64,000 nt of DNA, taken from Basidiobolus meristosporus CBS 931.73 (lineage: Eukaryota; Fungi; Basidiobolomycota). Each line of letters opens with the position of its first letter. Within the stretch, counting starts at the first letter, position 1. Positions 25,026 through 35,699 of the stretch are shown in pieces. The DNA lies in contig MCFE01000365.1 in NCBI GenBank assembly GCA_002104905.1, forward strand, positions 1-64,000. Direction: 5' to 3'. The position numbers and the translations under genes are program-made. A model generated the notes under the pieces. It was not told where the DNA came from and made no database searches. It saw only the letters and a list, made by a program, of their open reading frames with translations.

Positions 25026-26170
25026 CTATTCTCCTCTTCCAGGTGAAGCTCTGTTTCCCTTTGGGGCAGGTTTTGCAGGATATTGTTGGTGGAACTGGGT
25101 GACTAGTTCTTGACAATTAGTGAGATGGGTAGCTGGTTCCCATGTTTGGTCACTTGGATCATAACCAATCCAGTCTACTAAGTAGTACAGCTTTGACCGG
25201 ATATACTTGGAGTCTAGAATCTGTTTAACTTCAAATTCTTGATGTTGGTCAACCTGGATAGCTTGGGGCTTTGCTTCTTGCCGGTTTGGCAATGTGTTCC
25301 TACAATACGGCTCCAGGAGGGACACATGGAAAGTATCATGGATTTTCATACTTGCTGGTAACTGTAGCTGATATACTATAGGGCTAAGCTTCTTCTTGAT
25401 CTTGAAGGGACCAAGTTTCTTGAAATCCAACTTGTCACAAGGGCGGTTGGTGCTGATGTTTCTTCTGAGCAACCATACAGAATCTCCTTCATTAAGATCT
25501 GGGCTGGGATGCCGTTTTAGATTGGCAAATTTCTTGTAGCTTTCCTGAGCTAAGGATAGCTCTTCCTTGAGGGTGTTCTGGATGTCCTGGATTGCTTGGG
25601 CATGTTCAGCCGCATGTGGGCTCATTGGGTTTGTTGGGATCTGGATATCAAACTGAGGGTGGAATCCATAGTTTGCATAGAATGGTGTAAAACCGGTTGC
25701 ACTATGGCTTGAGTTGTTGTAGGCAAACTCAGCAACAGGGAGTAGATCAACCCAATTGTCTTGCTGGTAATTGATATAGCACCGGAGGTATTGCTCTAGA
25801 ATCTGGTTGATTCTTTCAGTCTGGCCATCGGACTGTGGATGGAAGGCAGTAGAGAGCTTGACTTGAACACCAAGGTATTGCATGAAGTGTTTCCAAAACT
25901 TGGACACAAACTGTGGGCCTCTATCTGACACAATATCACTGGGGATACCATGAAGGCGGAAAATATTCTTCAGGACTAAAGCAGTTGTTTCTTTTGCATC
26001 AGTGTTCTTACAGCAAGGGATAAAGTGAGCCATCTTGGTCAGCTGGTCAGCCACTACAAGTATAGCATTGAAGCCACATGACTCAGGGAGGTCAGTAATG
26101 AAGTCCATAGATATAGATCTCCATTGGTGTTTTGGGATAGGCAGGGGCTGAAGAAGTCCATAAGGCTGGT
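25026..26170 (-). CDS. pol: Integrase plus chromodomain of gypsy B, separated from upstream pol by an apparent 1-nt frameshift near 26173
   Basis: SMDFITDLP, SDRGPQF, GQTERINQILEQYLR, GPFKI, HDTFHVSLL, FEVKQILDS...YYLVDWIGY..TWEP. Confidence 0.9.
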
Positions 26171-28585
26171 GCTGGCTGGTTTTGCACGGTTGTAAATATC
26201 ACAAGTCAGAATGTATTCTTTGATAAGAGTTATCATTCTAGGCCACCAGAAATCTCTTTTGATAGCATTCAAGGTTTTGGCAGTACCAAAGTGGCCTGCA
26301 ACCGTTGAATCATGCCGAGACTTAATGATGTCTAGTTGGGTGGCAAGATCTGGGACATAAAGCTGCTGCTTGTGGTAAATGAGGTTGTTTACCAAATGCA
26401 GGTTCTGGATGTTTGGGAACTTGGGAGGGGGCCCAACTGGGGATTCCAGATATTTCTTGACGGTGCTGGAAGTCATATCAGAGGCTTGGGATTCTGATAT
26501 CCTTACTAGGAATGAAGGGATGACAAGACTTGAGGACTGGGTGGCAAGGATCTCAAAATGTTTCTTGCTCAGCAATGGGTGTTCCATTTGCCGACAGGCA
26601 TCATCTCCCTCTTCCAGGGCATATTCCTTTTTTCTGGACAGGGCATCAGGCTTTCCTTGCTTTGCACCAGGTCTATAGGTGATAGTAAAGTCAAAGCTGG
26701 ACAGGAAGAGTGACCATCTGGCTTGTCTCCAGTTTAGTACTTTGGAAGTTGCAAAGTACTCAAGGTTCTTATGGTCACAGAAGACTTTGATTTTGTGTTT
26801 AGCACCATCCAGGTAGTGTCTCCATTGCTCAAAGGCTACAATGATGGCAAGCAACTCCTTATCATAGATATCATAGTTGATCTCTGCAGGGGAAAACTTC
26901 CGAGAGTAGAATGCAATGGGGTGCAACACATTGTCCTCATCATACTGGGAGAGTATGGCACCAAGGGCAAAATCAGAAGCATCAGTCTCCACTATGAATT
27001 GCTTCTCAAGGTCAGGGTGGGCAAGCAGGGGGGCCTTCAGGAAAGATTTCTTAAGTTGGTTGAATGAGGTGGATTGCTCCTCATTCCAGGCAAAAGGTGT
27101 GTTCTTCTGGGTTAGCTTTGTCAGAGGGGTGACTATCTTTGAGTAGTTGGCTATGAACCTGCGATAGAAGTTGGCAAATCCCAGGAAGGATTGTACTTCC
27201 TTGACTGAGCTTGGAGTTTTCCAGGACTGGACTGAGTCAACTTTCTTTGGGTCCATTCTTGTTCCCTCAGGGCTGATGAGGTAACCAAGAAATTCCACTT
27301 CTCTCTGGTCAAATTCACACTTCTCTAACTTGGCATAGAGACCGGCAGAGTCTAGTTTTCTCAATACTTTCTTGACATGTTCATCATGTTCATCTTGGCT
27401 CTTGGAGTATATGAGAATATCATCAAGGTAGATTACCACAAACTGGTCAAGGTATTCACGGAATATATCATTCATGAGGTGTTGAAACACAGCAGGGGCG
27501 TTGGTTAGGCCAAATGGCATTACTTTGTACTCAAAGTGACCATATCTTGTGCAAAAGGCAGTTTTCCATTCATCACCAGGCTTGATTCTGACAAGATTGT
27601 AAGCTCCTCTCAAGTCTATCTTGGTGAAGACTTGGGCAGCAGATAGCTGATCCAACAGTGTGTGGATCAGGGACAGGGGGTAGCGCTTCTTGACTGTGAT
27701 CTTATTCCAAGCACGGTAGTCCACACACATTCTGAGGGTGCCATCCTTCTTCTTGACAAAGAGGATTGGGGCTCCAGCAGGTGATTTGGAGTGCTGAATA
27801 AAACCCTTCTGGAGGTTTTCTTGAATATAACCATGGAGTTCTTTCAGCTCCGGCTGGGAGAGGTTATATATTGGGCCAAATGGAGGGACTTTTCCATCTT
27901 CAAGGTCAATAGGGCAGTCATAAGGCCAATGGTCAGGGAGGAGTTCTGCTTTCTTCTTGTCAAAGACATGGGCAAACTCTTGGTACTTGGCTGGTATAGT
28001 TGCTGAGGGGGCTCCTTCAGCTGGCAAGGTATCTTGGGCTGTTGAACTGTTGGCAACCGTCTTTTCACGGTTATCAGGGTCTGGAGATTTCATGGAGTTG
28101 ACTTGGTGGGATCTGGTGAATGACAGGATGTTGGATTTCCAATCAATACTCGGATTGTGGTAGCTCAGCCATGAGCTTCCTAGCACAATAGGATAGTGTG
28201 GTGAGTTGATGATGTTGAAGGCAATTCTTTCTTGGTGGGCAGTACTGGATAGCTGGAGTAAGCATGTTTCATGGGTGACGGCACCAGAGGAGAGTGATCT
28301 TCCATCAACAACTTCTACTTGGACTGGACAGGATTTCAAGGTAACAGGAATAGAGTGCTTCTGGACAAAGGCTTGGTCAATGAAACAGGATGAAGCACCG
28401 GAATCAATCAGGGCTAGGGCTGGGACAGGACCAGAGTCAGGGATCTGGATTTTGACAGGCATTCTCAAGGACTGGATAGATTTTGTGGCAAAGGAAGATT
28501 CTTGGATATGCTGGATTTTCATGGGTGGGTCCAGTTGCAAGCCTGTCAGTGCAACTGGACATTGGAGTTTCCCGACAGATCTGGA
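26054..28585 (-). CDS. pol: pol (PR-RT-RNase H) of gypsy B, in the -1 frame relative to gag
   Basis: LIDSGASS, SPAGAPILFVKKKDG, YLDDILI, TDASDF; frame open back to 28585, overlapping the gag 3' end; true C-terminus continues into the integrase piece. Confidence 0.93.
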   Translation of the reverse strand, partial: SRSVGKLQCPVALTGLQLDPPMKIQHIQESSFATKSIQSLRMPVKIQIPDSGPVPALALIDSGASSCFIDQAFVQKHSIPVTLKSCPVQVEVVDGRSLSSGAVTHETCLLQLSSTAHQERIAFNIINSPHYPIVLGSSWLSYHNPSIDWKSNILSFTRSHQVNSMKSPDPDNREKTVANSSTAQDTLPAEGAPSATIPAKYQEFAHVFDKKKAELLPDHWPYDCPIDLEDGKVPPFGPIYNLSQPELKELHGYIQENLQKGFIQHSKSPAGAPILFVKKKDGTLRMCVDYRAWNKITVKKRYPLSLIHTLLDQLSAAQVFTKIDLRGAYNLVRIKPGDEWKTAFCTRYGHFEYKVMPFGLTNAPAVFQHLMNDIFREYLDQFVVIYLDDILIYSKSQDEHDEHVKKVLRKLDSAGLYAKLEKCEFDQREVEFLGYLISPEGTRMDPKKVDSVQSWKTPSSVKEVQSFLGFANFYRRFIANYSKIVTPLTKLTQKNTPFAWNEEQSTSFNQLKKSFLKAPLLAHPDLEKQFIVETDASDFALGAILSQYDEDNVLHPIAFYSRKFSPAEINYDIYDKELLAIIVAFEQWRHYLDGAKHKIKVFCDHKNLEYFATSKVLNWRQARWSLFLSSFDFTITYRPGAKQGKPDALSRKKEYALEEGDDACRQMEHPLLSKKHFEILATQSSSLVIPSFLVRISESQASDMTSSTVKKYLESPVGPPPKFPNIQNLHLVNNLIYHKQQLYVPDLATQLDIIKSRHDSTVAGHFGTAKTLNAIKRDFWWPRMITLIKEYILTCDIYNRAKPASTSLMDFFSPCLSQNTNGDLYLWTSLLTSLSHVASMLYL
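28529..28573 (-). promoter_or_regulatory. -1 ribosomal frameshift signal: G GGA AAC, 6-nt spacer, 11-bp hairpin
   Basis: Heptamer in correct gag phase (28573-28567); stem GTCCAGTTGCA/TGCAACTGGAC with a 10-nt loop. Confidence 0.88.
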
Positions 28586-29478
28586 TCAGGTTGGTTGCTG
28601 GAGGACTGCATCAGCTTGAAGCTGAACTTCTTGTTGGGGCAGGACTTGGCAAAGTGACCTGGTTGGCCACAGTATAGACAGAGGTTGGCTTGTTGACGTC
28701 TGGACTTTTCACTCTTTGATAGTTTCTTGTATTTGGCACTATCAATCTGCATAGGATCTTCTGGAGTGACTTGGGGAGCAGGAGGAGCTGGGACTGCAAC
28801 AGGAATGTGTCTTTGACGATTCTTTTGCTTCTTCTGGAATAGTCTGTTATCACACCGGATTGCTTGGTGCATAGCTTCAACCAATGTATCTGGATCTGGG
28901 AGTGTGAGTAGCAGATCACAAACTTCATCATTAAGGCCATCTTGGAATTGGCTTATCAAGGCTGCTTGACCCCAGGAGCTGAGGTCACTGGAGAGTTGTC
29001 GGAATTCTGAGGCATAGACTGATGCTGGTTTGTTCCCTTGTTTGAGGGTCTTGATCTTGTTGGCAGCAGTTTTGGCTTGGTCAAGGTTACCAAATGTTAG
29101 CTCCATTTCAGTGAGAAAGGCTTGGTAGTCTCTGAGGAGGGGAGAGTTGGTCTCCACTAATGGGGAGAACCACTTGAGAGCTGTACCAGTAATCAGGTTG
29201 GAGATGAAACCAACTTTGGCCTGGTCAGTGGGGTACCGGTTGGGCTGGAGTGCAAGATTGTTCTTCACCATGTTGATGAAGCCACGGAATTCATTCTGAG
29301 AGCCATTGAACTTGGTAGCAGGAGTATACTTGGGTTCTTGGTAGACTGGGACATGGCCAGTTTGCTGGGCACTTTGGTTCTGGAACTGAGCAAAAGTGTT
29401 TCTGAGGTCTGCATGGTCTTGCTGCAGTTGGGTAAAGGCAGCCATGAGCTGGGCAAAGTTCAGCTCTAGGTTGGACAT
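28546..29478 (-). CDS. gag: gag of gypsy B
   Basis: MSNLELNF start; KFNGSQNEFRGF..QPNRYPTDQAKV..TGTALKW; LKQGNKPASVYASEF; CLYCGQPGHFAKSC knuckle. Confidence 0.93.
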   Translation of the reverse strand: MSNLELNFAQLMAAFTQLQQDHADLRNTFAQFQNQSAQQTGHVPVYQEPKYTPATKFNGSQNEFRGFINMVKNNLALQPNRYPTDQAKVGFISNLITGTALKWFSPLVETNSPLLRDYQAFLTEMELTFGNLDQAKTAANKIKTLKQGNKPASVYASEFRQLSSDLSSWGQAALISQFQDGLNDEVCDLLLTLPDPDTLVEAMHQAIRCDNRLFQKKQKNRQRHIPVAVPAPPAPQVTPEDPMQIDSAKYKKLSKSEKSRRQQANLCLYCGQPGHFAKSCPNKKFSFKLMQSSSNQPDPDLSGNSNVQLH

Positions 29479-29871
29479 GGTAGCAGAGGAAGGCGGATGA
29501 ACTTGCAAGGAATACTGGAATATACTAAACTAGGTTGTGGGTTTGTAAAGCCACTGGTATGTTAAGAATACAACTATTGAGCCACAATCCCCAACTTAAA
29601 TAAGTTAGCGTCACTTCAGAAGGTACTGGTTTCAACACCCTTTGATAGAGTATTGTACTAAAGCTTCCAATACTGTAACAACTGTAAACTCCACCAGCAG
29701 GGTAATAAAGTGAATGCAGCTTTGACCAATAGTTTTACAAAGATAAAGTATCTTTGCCTTTATAGGACAAGACTAGGGAAAGATGATGGGTGATACTTAC
29801 AGTGAGTATTCCTTTTACAAGTTTTCTTCAAACTTTGGGCAGAAGGCAGGGATCCACAGGTAAGTCCGGAG

Positions 29872-29882
29872 AGTCTGATAAA
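29872..29882 (-). other. Self-priming PBS of gypsy B (TTTATCAGACT)
   Basis: 2 nt after the 5' LTR; perfect 11-nt complement of LTR positions 30000-30010. Confidence 0.8.
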
Positions 29883-29884
29883 AC

Positions 29885-30405
29885 TGTTATGAATAGACAC
29901 AAGGCAGGAGGAAAAGCTAGGCATGGCAGGAAAGGACTTAGGTGTGGACCATCAAGGCAAGGCAGGATTCAAGGCAAGGCTGTTTATTCAAGACCTGTGT
30001 TTATCAGACTGAGGAATACTTAAGGGGGGATAGGACTATATATACTTTTTGGCTATACTGATGCCGAGAGATATTAGCTAATACTAATGGGGTTGTGGGG
30101 TGAGGCACAGCAATGGTGCTGGGGATAATGACATAGATGACACGGCACTGAGACAGGATGGGGAAATGGATTGGGTCACCTGATCATGTGACTAAGTCAT
30201 GTGACCTGGTATTTCCATATATGGTACTGGACTATGAAAAATACGATGGGAAGCTTCCATGGAATGTTCCATTGTGTAACAATGGTTTGGAATGGTAAGG
30301 AACTTTCTGGAAGGTGGTAGAAGGTTCCAGAAGGAATCTCTTAGAAATTGAGCTAGGAAGCTGAAACTTGGCATGGGTGTTCATGGTTGTCATGTGATCA
30401 TGACA
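29885..30405 (-). repeat. 5' LTR of gypsy B (521 bp)
   Basis: TATATATA at 30037-44, AATAAA in R; TG...CA ends. Confidence 0.95.
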
Positions 30406-31364
30406 GTGCCATGTGCTGACACATTCTTTTACTTGCCAAGGGCTCTGCTGGTTGAGGCACTTTATGTTGGTCATCATCAGTCAGGTCACCAGATGTAACT
30501 TGCTGATGGCCAGGCAAACAACACGTGCAGACATGACTTGACACATTGAGATGGCCCTTGGCCAAGTTCAATGCCATGCTGCATGCTGATGTGACTTGGT
30601 CCACTCCAATGGACTTGTGTTTAAATGAGCAGTTTGGCAAGTTCTGGTAGTTTTGCTCTGAAGCATGTGCATTGACCCAACATGTGTTGACTCAATGTGC
30701 GTTGACTTGATGCAGGGTGTAATCTGGATGATGTTGCTTGCGGTCTGTATTCTTCCTCCTGAAGCTCACCATCTGATTCCTCAAGGTATTCACTTACCCT
30801 TTGTCTGATACTTTGGAGCTGTTGCCTGGATGAGTCCTGTGTATATTGCACTTGGATGCCACTTAGCACTACTAATATATCATGTAGTACATTAGTCATC
30901 TGAGGCAAAAACTCATTCAAAATCTCTTTGGTTCCCAAAGTTGAGGCTCAAATGGATGCGTCCAGACTGTACTGTGCAAATTGCGCATGAAATTGCTCCC
31001 ATGCGGCTTCTTCATCAAATCCCCTTACTCTCAGCTCATTCTTGATTTCAATACTTGTCTTGTTATATATCTTCTTACATACATTGGCTGGCATCTTGAT
31101 GTAGAACTCATGCCACAGCTTTCTACTCAAATTCTTCCATCTTTGTTGACTCTCTGAGGTTTCTAGTTCTGCTAGATTAATTAGTAGTGCCCAAATATCT
31201 GTATGAAGGCTCATCATAGACACTTGGGCCATACTAAAATCATTTGGCAAGAAATCAAATGGATCTAACATCAACTTTTCCGGTCCTGACCATGCTTGTG
31301 CACTGGGGGATGGATTTTGTCTGGGTTGCACTAAAGATGAGTTGAGACTTGGTATGGGGACCAT
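30406..31364 (-). pseudogene. PHIS ORF2 of copy 2 (3' end at 24343-24557)
   Basis: ORFs 30948-31364 and 30621-30938 are homologous to copy 1 ORF2. Confidence 0.6.
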
Positions 31365-31639
31365 AGCAACAGATTTGGATACTTATACAGCAGTATATTG
31401 GCATCAACCTGGTCTTATATGAAATATACATGAAAACTAATGTGATTGTTGAATTTTTCATATATTATGCTTGACGCATCTTGGATTGCATTGGCACAGA
31501 TCAGATCACATCAATGGCTAATTTCCTATTAGATTATAGACCTATGAGTAAAGTAAAAATAAAGTACAAAGGCATTGTTTGTGTATGGTTTGGCAACATA
31601 ATGATGGGATACATTGCAATTGATGAAGATAAAATCATT

Positions 31640-32478
31640 ATGCATTAATTTCCTTTTGACAAACTAGAGGAGATCTATTCTAAGTACTGTGGACCATCTA
31701 CCCCAATATACTCCAGGAGATACCTTGATAAGCTTCTCTGCTATTACAAGAACTATTGCCCTACAAGATTTCATCCTACCATCCATGGTAACAAAAGTCC
31801 TAGAAGCTTTCATTCCCAGCTGACAGCAATGGAGAACCACCATGCAGAGTGTATGAATGACTTAGAGCAAGCTTGGAATACTAGGCTCAGAAGCTCCAAT
31901 AGACATCCATATCCCAGAGTGTTCAGCAACAGGTTCCATATCAGGAGTATTTTGGATATCTTCCCAGTGAGGATTAACAGACCTTGTAGAGGGCAGAGGC
32001 ACTTTTATTCTGGCAAGTACAAGGCACACTGTGTGAAGTTTCAAGCACTGTCTGACATTGAGGGTAACATCATCTGGTTTAGTGGGCCATTTGCTGGAAG
32101 TAGGCATGACAAAGCACTCTGGGTAGGGAGTCATCCAGAATTCAGTAGAGGGAGAAATGTATGGCAGACTTAGCCTATATAGGAGAGGATTATCTGAGAT
32201 TAGGATGTATTAAAGCATGAAGGAAGCCAAGGTATGGTATGCTTAGCAGGAGGCAGAAGCTCTACAATGAGATATTTAATCATTTCAGAGTGAGGGTAGA
32301 GCACACATTTGGATATCTGAAGAGATTCAGCTTATTGGCCGGTAAATACAGAGGAAAGTTGTATATAGGAGAAAACAGAAGAATAGGTAAAATAGTTAAG
32401 ATACTTATTAATGCGCAGTATGCTCATACAAGAAGACATCCACTGAGAGAAATGTGTCTGGAGCATTATGAAGAGTAA
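31640..32478 (+). pseudogene. DDE_Tnp_4-like transposase of PHIS copy 2
   Basis: FPFDKLEEIYSKY...YLDKLLCYYKNY, then the same DDE motifs; frameshift near 32155 and stops. Confidence 0.88.
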
Positions 32479-32660
32479 ATAAAGCAAGAAAAGCACTATT
32501 CTGAGCAACATAAGTAAGATTGAGTAAAATTACCAGTAACTGTATCATACCACTGGCATCATGGTAGAAATTATTGTGCCAGATAGTGCCGTAGAGTGCC
32601 AGATCAATCTGGCACTATAAACAGGCTGGCACTATGTGGCACTATCCAACGGAACAAGTC

Positions 32661-33640
32661 ACTTATTTATCTGTTTTTCCATGTATTATGATTAAATCTT
32701 CATCAATTGCCATGTATCCTATCATTATGTTGCAAATATCATCCTCAAGCAATGACTTTGTATTTTTATTGATGCTTTGCCCACAAATCTGTAATCAAAT
32801 AGGAAATCTGCAAATGATGGGATCTGATCCATGTCAATGCAATCCAAGATGCATCATGCATAATATAAGGAAAACTCAACAATCACATTAGTTTTCATAT
32901 GTATTTCATATAAGACCAGGTTAATGCCGATATACTACTGTGTAAGTATTGAAATCTGTTGCTATGGTCCTTATACCAAGTCTCAACTCATCTTTAGTAC
33001 AACCCTGACAAAACCGTTCCTCTAGCTCACAAGTGTGGTCTGGTCCAGGAAAGTCAATGCAGAATCTGTTTGAGTTCTTTCCAATGATTTTAGTAAGGCC
33101 CAAGTGTCTGTGATGAGCCTTCTACAGATTTTTGGGCACTACTCATTAATCTAGCAGAGCTAGATACCTCAGAAAGCTGACAGAGATGGAGGAACCTGAT
33201 TAGAAAGCTGTGGCATGAGTTCTACATCAAGATGCCAGTGGATATATGTTAGTATAAATAATAAAACAAGTATTGAAATCAAGAATGAGCTGAGAGTGAG
33301 GCAATTCGAAGAGGAAGCTGTGCAGGAACAATTTTGTGTGCAATTTACACAGTACAGGCTTGATGTGTCTGTTTGTGCCTCAACTCTGGGAACCAAGGAG
33401 ATTTGAATGAGTTTTTGCCTCAAATGACTTATGTATTATATGATATATCTGTAGAGCCAAGTGGCTTCCAAGAGCAATATACACAGGACTCATCCAGGCA
33501 ACAGCTCCAAAGTATCAGACAAAGGGTAAGTGAATACCTTGAGGAATCAGATGGTGAGCTTCAAGAGGAAGTGTACAGACTGCAAGCAACAGTATCCTGA
33601 TTGGACCACACACCCTGACACAGTGTAATGGAACAAGTCT
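32661..33640 (-). mobile_element. PHIS copy 3, inverted: promoter region, ORF2 5' part and left TIR
   Basis: Reverse complement of ~30730-31630; AATGGAACAAGTCT ends at 33640; probably the other half of copy 0. Confidence 0.8.
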
Positions 33641-33661
33641 ATGATGTATTAACCTTGAAAC

Positions 33662-35490
33662 TGTCACAGTGTGCTCCTGAATGTTGAGAAACTTTCCTTA
33701 CTTAGCATTTCAGTTGTATTACTTCCACAAAGGTACAAATTCAGAGCTTCCTTATGATAAGAACAGCTCAGCTATTATCACAATTTCTTGATAAGTTCTG
33801 TATATCCAAATTACTTCTTATATTGCAACAGTTCATCAGGCACAATTGCCTTGGTGTATTTTATGGATGCCTTCTACAGCAAGCAGTGCAACACAAACAT
33901 CTTCCCTGTAAAGGAGTGGTTGGATAGGAAGAACTACATATTTTGAAGAATTGAGATATAGATCCACCTTGAGGAAAGATTTCTTTGGAATATAGTATCA
34001 GGAAAAAAAGCAAAGCCCAAAGAAACAGCAAAAGTAGTGGAGAAGTTTCAAGAGAAGGAGAGAAAGGTCTTTGATGCCATATGTATCAATGCACAAGATT
34101 CCTTCATTGGACAAATTAATGCTTCAAATACTGCCAAAACAGCATGGTAACCCTTAGAGAAGATTGTTAGAGCAAAGTCAATAACAAGCAAGCTTTATTT
34201 GAAACAAAGCTCTTCTGCATGAAGAAGAAGCCAGATGAAAACATGATACAACTCTTTACCAGGATGGAGACACTTGCAGAAGAACCTTGCAGTATTAATC
34301 CTGGTGAATATGATGAAGAAAAGATACTCTGTCAGCTTTGCAGCTTACCAGACAAGTATGAGCTACATATACTTTCTTTTGATAGCACACAAAATTCACT
34401 AACCTTAGACTATATTAAAGGAAGACTTCTCCATGAAGAACACATATATAATGATTAAGCAGAGAAAATTGAAGATAATACTTGATTTACCTCAGAAAGG
34501 CACACAGAAAATAATGGAAACAACAAAACCAAAGAAAACCTGCTCAATATATCCACTGAAAGAAGCCAGGGCACTGGGCAAAAGAATGCATGAGGAGCCA
34601 AGCAGACAAAAAACAGAAACTAGAGCAGGCAAACAATACAACTACACATGAGCAGTTATTTGTAGCTGTACCTGAGATTGCAAGTAATCAAAGTAGTAAA
34701 TGGTATATCTACTCTGGAGCATCACAGCATAGTGCAATATAAAGGAGTGGCACAGCAACTTATAGACCATTCCGGTAAAAAAGGTTATCTGGGAAACAAC
34801 TCTGCACTGGAAGCTACTGGTTGTGGGTATATACTGATAAATATGAGTGACATCTTGGGGGCAAAAACAGCAAAACTGACTGACATAGTGTATGTATCTT
34901 GAATAGCTAAGAACCTACACTGTGTTGGTAAAGCAACTACTCAGTAATTGGAATTTGTCTGTACTAAGCTAGGCTGGTTAATACTGAGTGAAATTAGGCA
35001 ATTATTAGCTTTGGGAATCCCAGATTGCAATATATACTAGTTACAATGCAATATTACTCTACCTGAGTATGTCAGCATTGCTGAAACTAATAAAACTAAC
35101 TGGGAGACATGGCATAGGAGGCTATTTGCACATTGGAGAACAGAGAATGAATCAATTGGTAAAAAATCAGCTTGTTTTGGGCCAAAGCTGCTCAATGCCA
35201 ATCAAGTTAAGTGTCATTGAGGAAAGTTCATATGGGAAGCCAGATTGGCAATGTTTCAGGAGCTCAACAGGCATTAGTTGCACCAAAACACTGGCTATTT
35301 TGCACTCAGGCATATGTGAGCCCACGAAAACACTCTCCTTTGGAGCTAAGAGATATTTTATGGTGTTCAATGATGACAAGACAAGATATACATGGGTGTA
35401 CTTCCTCAAGACAAAGACTGAGTCTTGAGAGACATTCAGACACTTAAGAGCATGGCAGAAATAAAAAATGGGCATAAATTGAAGTTATTT
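33662..35490 (+). mobile_element. Copia family 2, 5' half, degenerate
   Basis: Putative short LTR 33662-33830; gag remnants; KWYIYSGASQH; TWHRRLFAHIGEQRM; DDKTRYTWVYFLKTK. Confidence 0.85.
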
Positions 35491-35492
35491 TA

Positions 35493-35699
35493 AAGTGTGT
35501 CTGGAGCATTATGAAGAGTAAATAAAGCAAGAAAGGAACTACTCTGAGCAACATATGTAAGATTGAGTAAAATTACCAGTAACTGTATCATACCACTGGC
35601 ATCATGGTAGAAATTATAGTGCCAGATAGTGCTGTAGAGTGCCAGATCAATCTGGCACTATAAACAGGCTGGCACTATGTGGCACTATCCAACGGAACA
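35493..35699 (+). repeat. PHIS right-end fragment
   Basis: Near-identical to 32452-32655. Confidence 0.85.

Larger units (their letters stand above)
24558..30405 (-). mobile_element. Full-length Ty3/gypsy chromovirus family B (Tf1/sushi-like)
   Basis: Two LTRs, perfect 5-bp TSD GTGCC (24553-57 and 30406-10), PPT GGAAGAGGAGAATAG, gag and pol ORFs. Confidence 0.97.
24005..32660 (+). mobile_element. PHIS copy 2, lacking its own left TIR, interrupted by gypsy B
   Basis: 24005-24557 plus 30406-31400 are colinear with 21545-23160; right TIR ACGGAACAAGTC ends at 32660. Confidence 0.85.

Noticed and set aside
26379-28677. Several plus-strand ORFs antisense to gypsy B pol, and similar shadows over gypsy C and the CACTA copies
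   Set aside because: Short shadow ORFs with no motifs, mostly with non-ATG starts; expected opposite long coding frames
29857-29865. ACTTACCTG (U1 snRNA 5'-end-like) in the family B leader, which could mask the nearby donor-like GTAAGT
   Set aside because: Only 6 bp of pairing, and not conserved in the family D leader; plausibly chance
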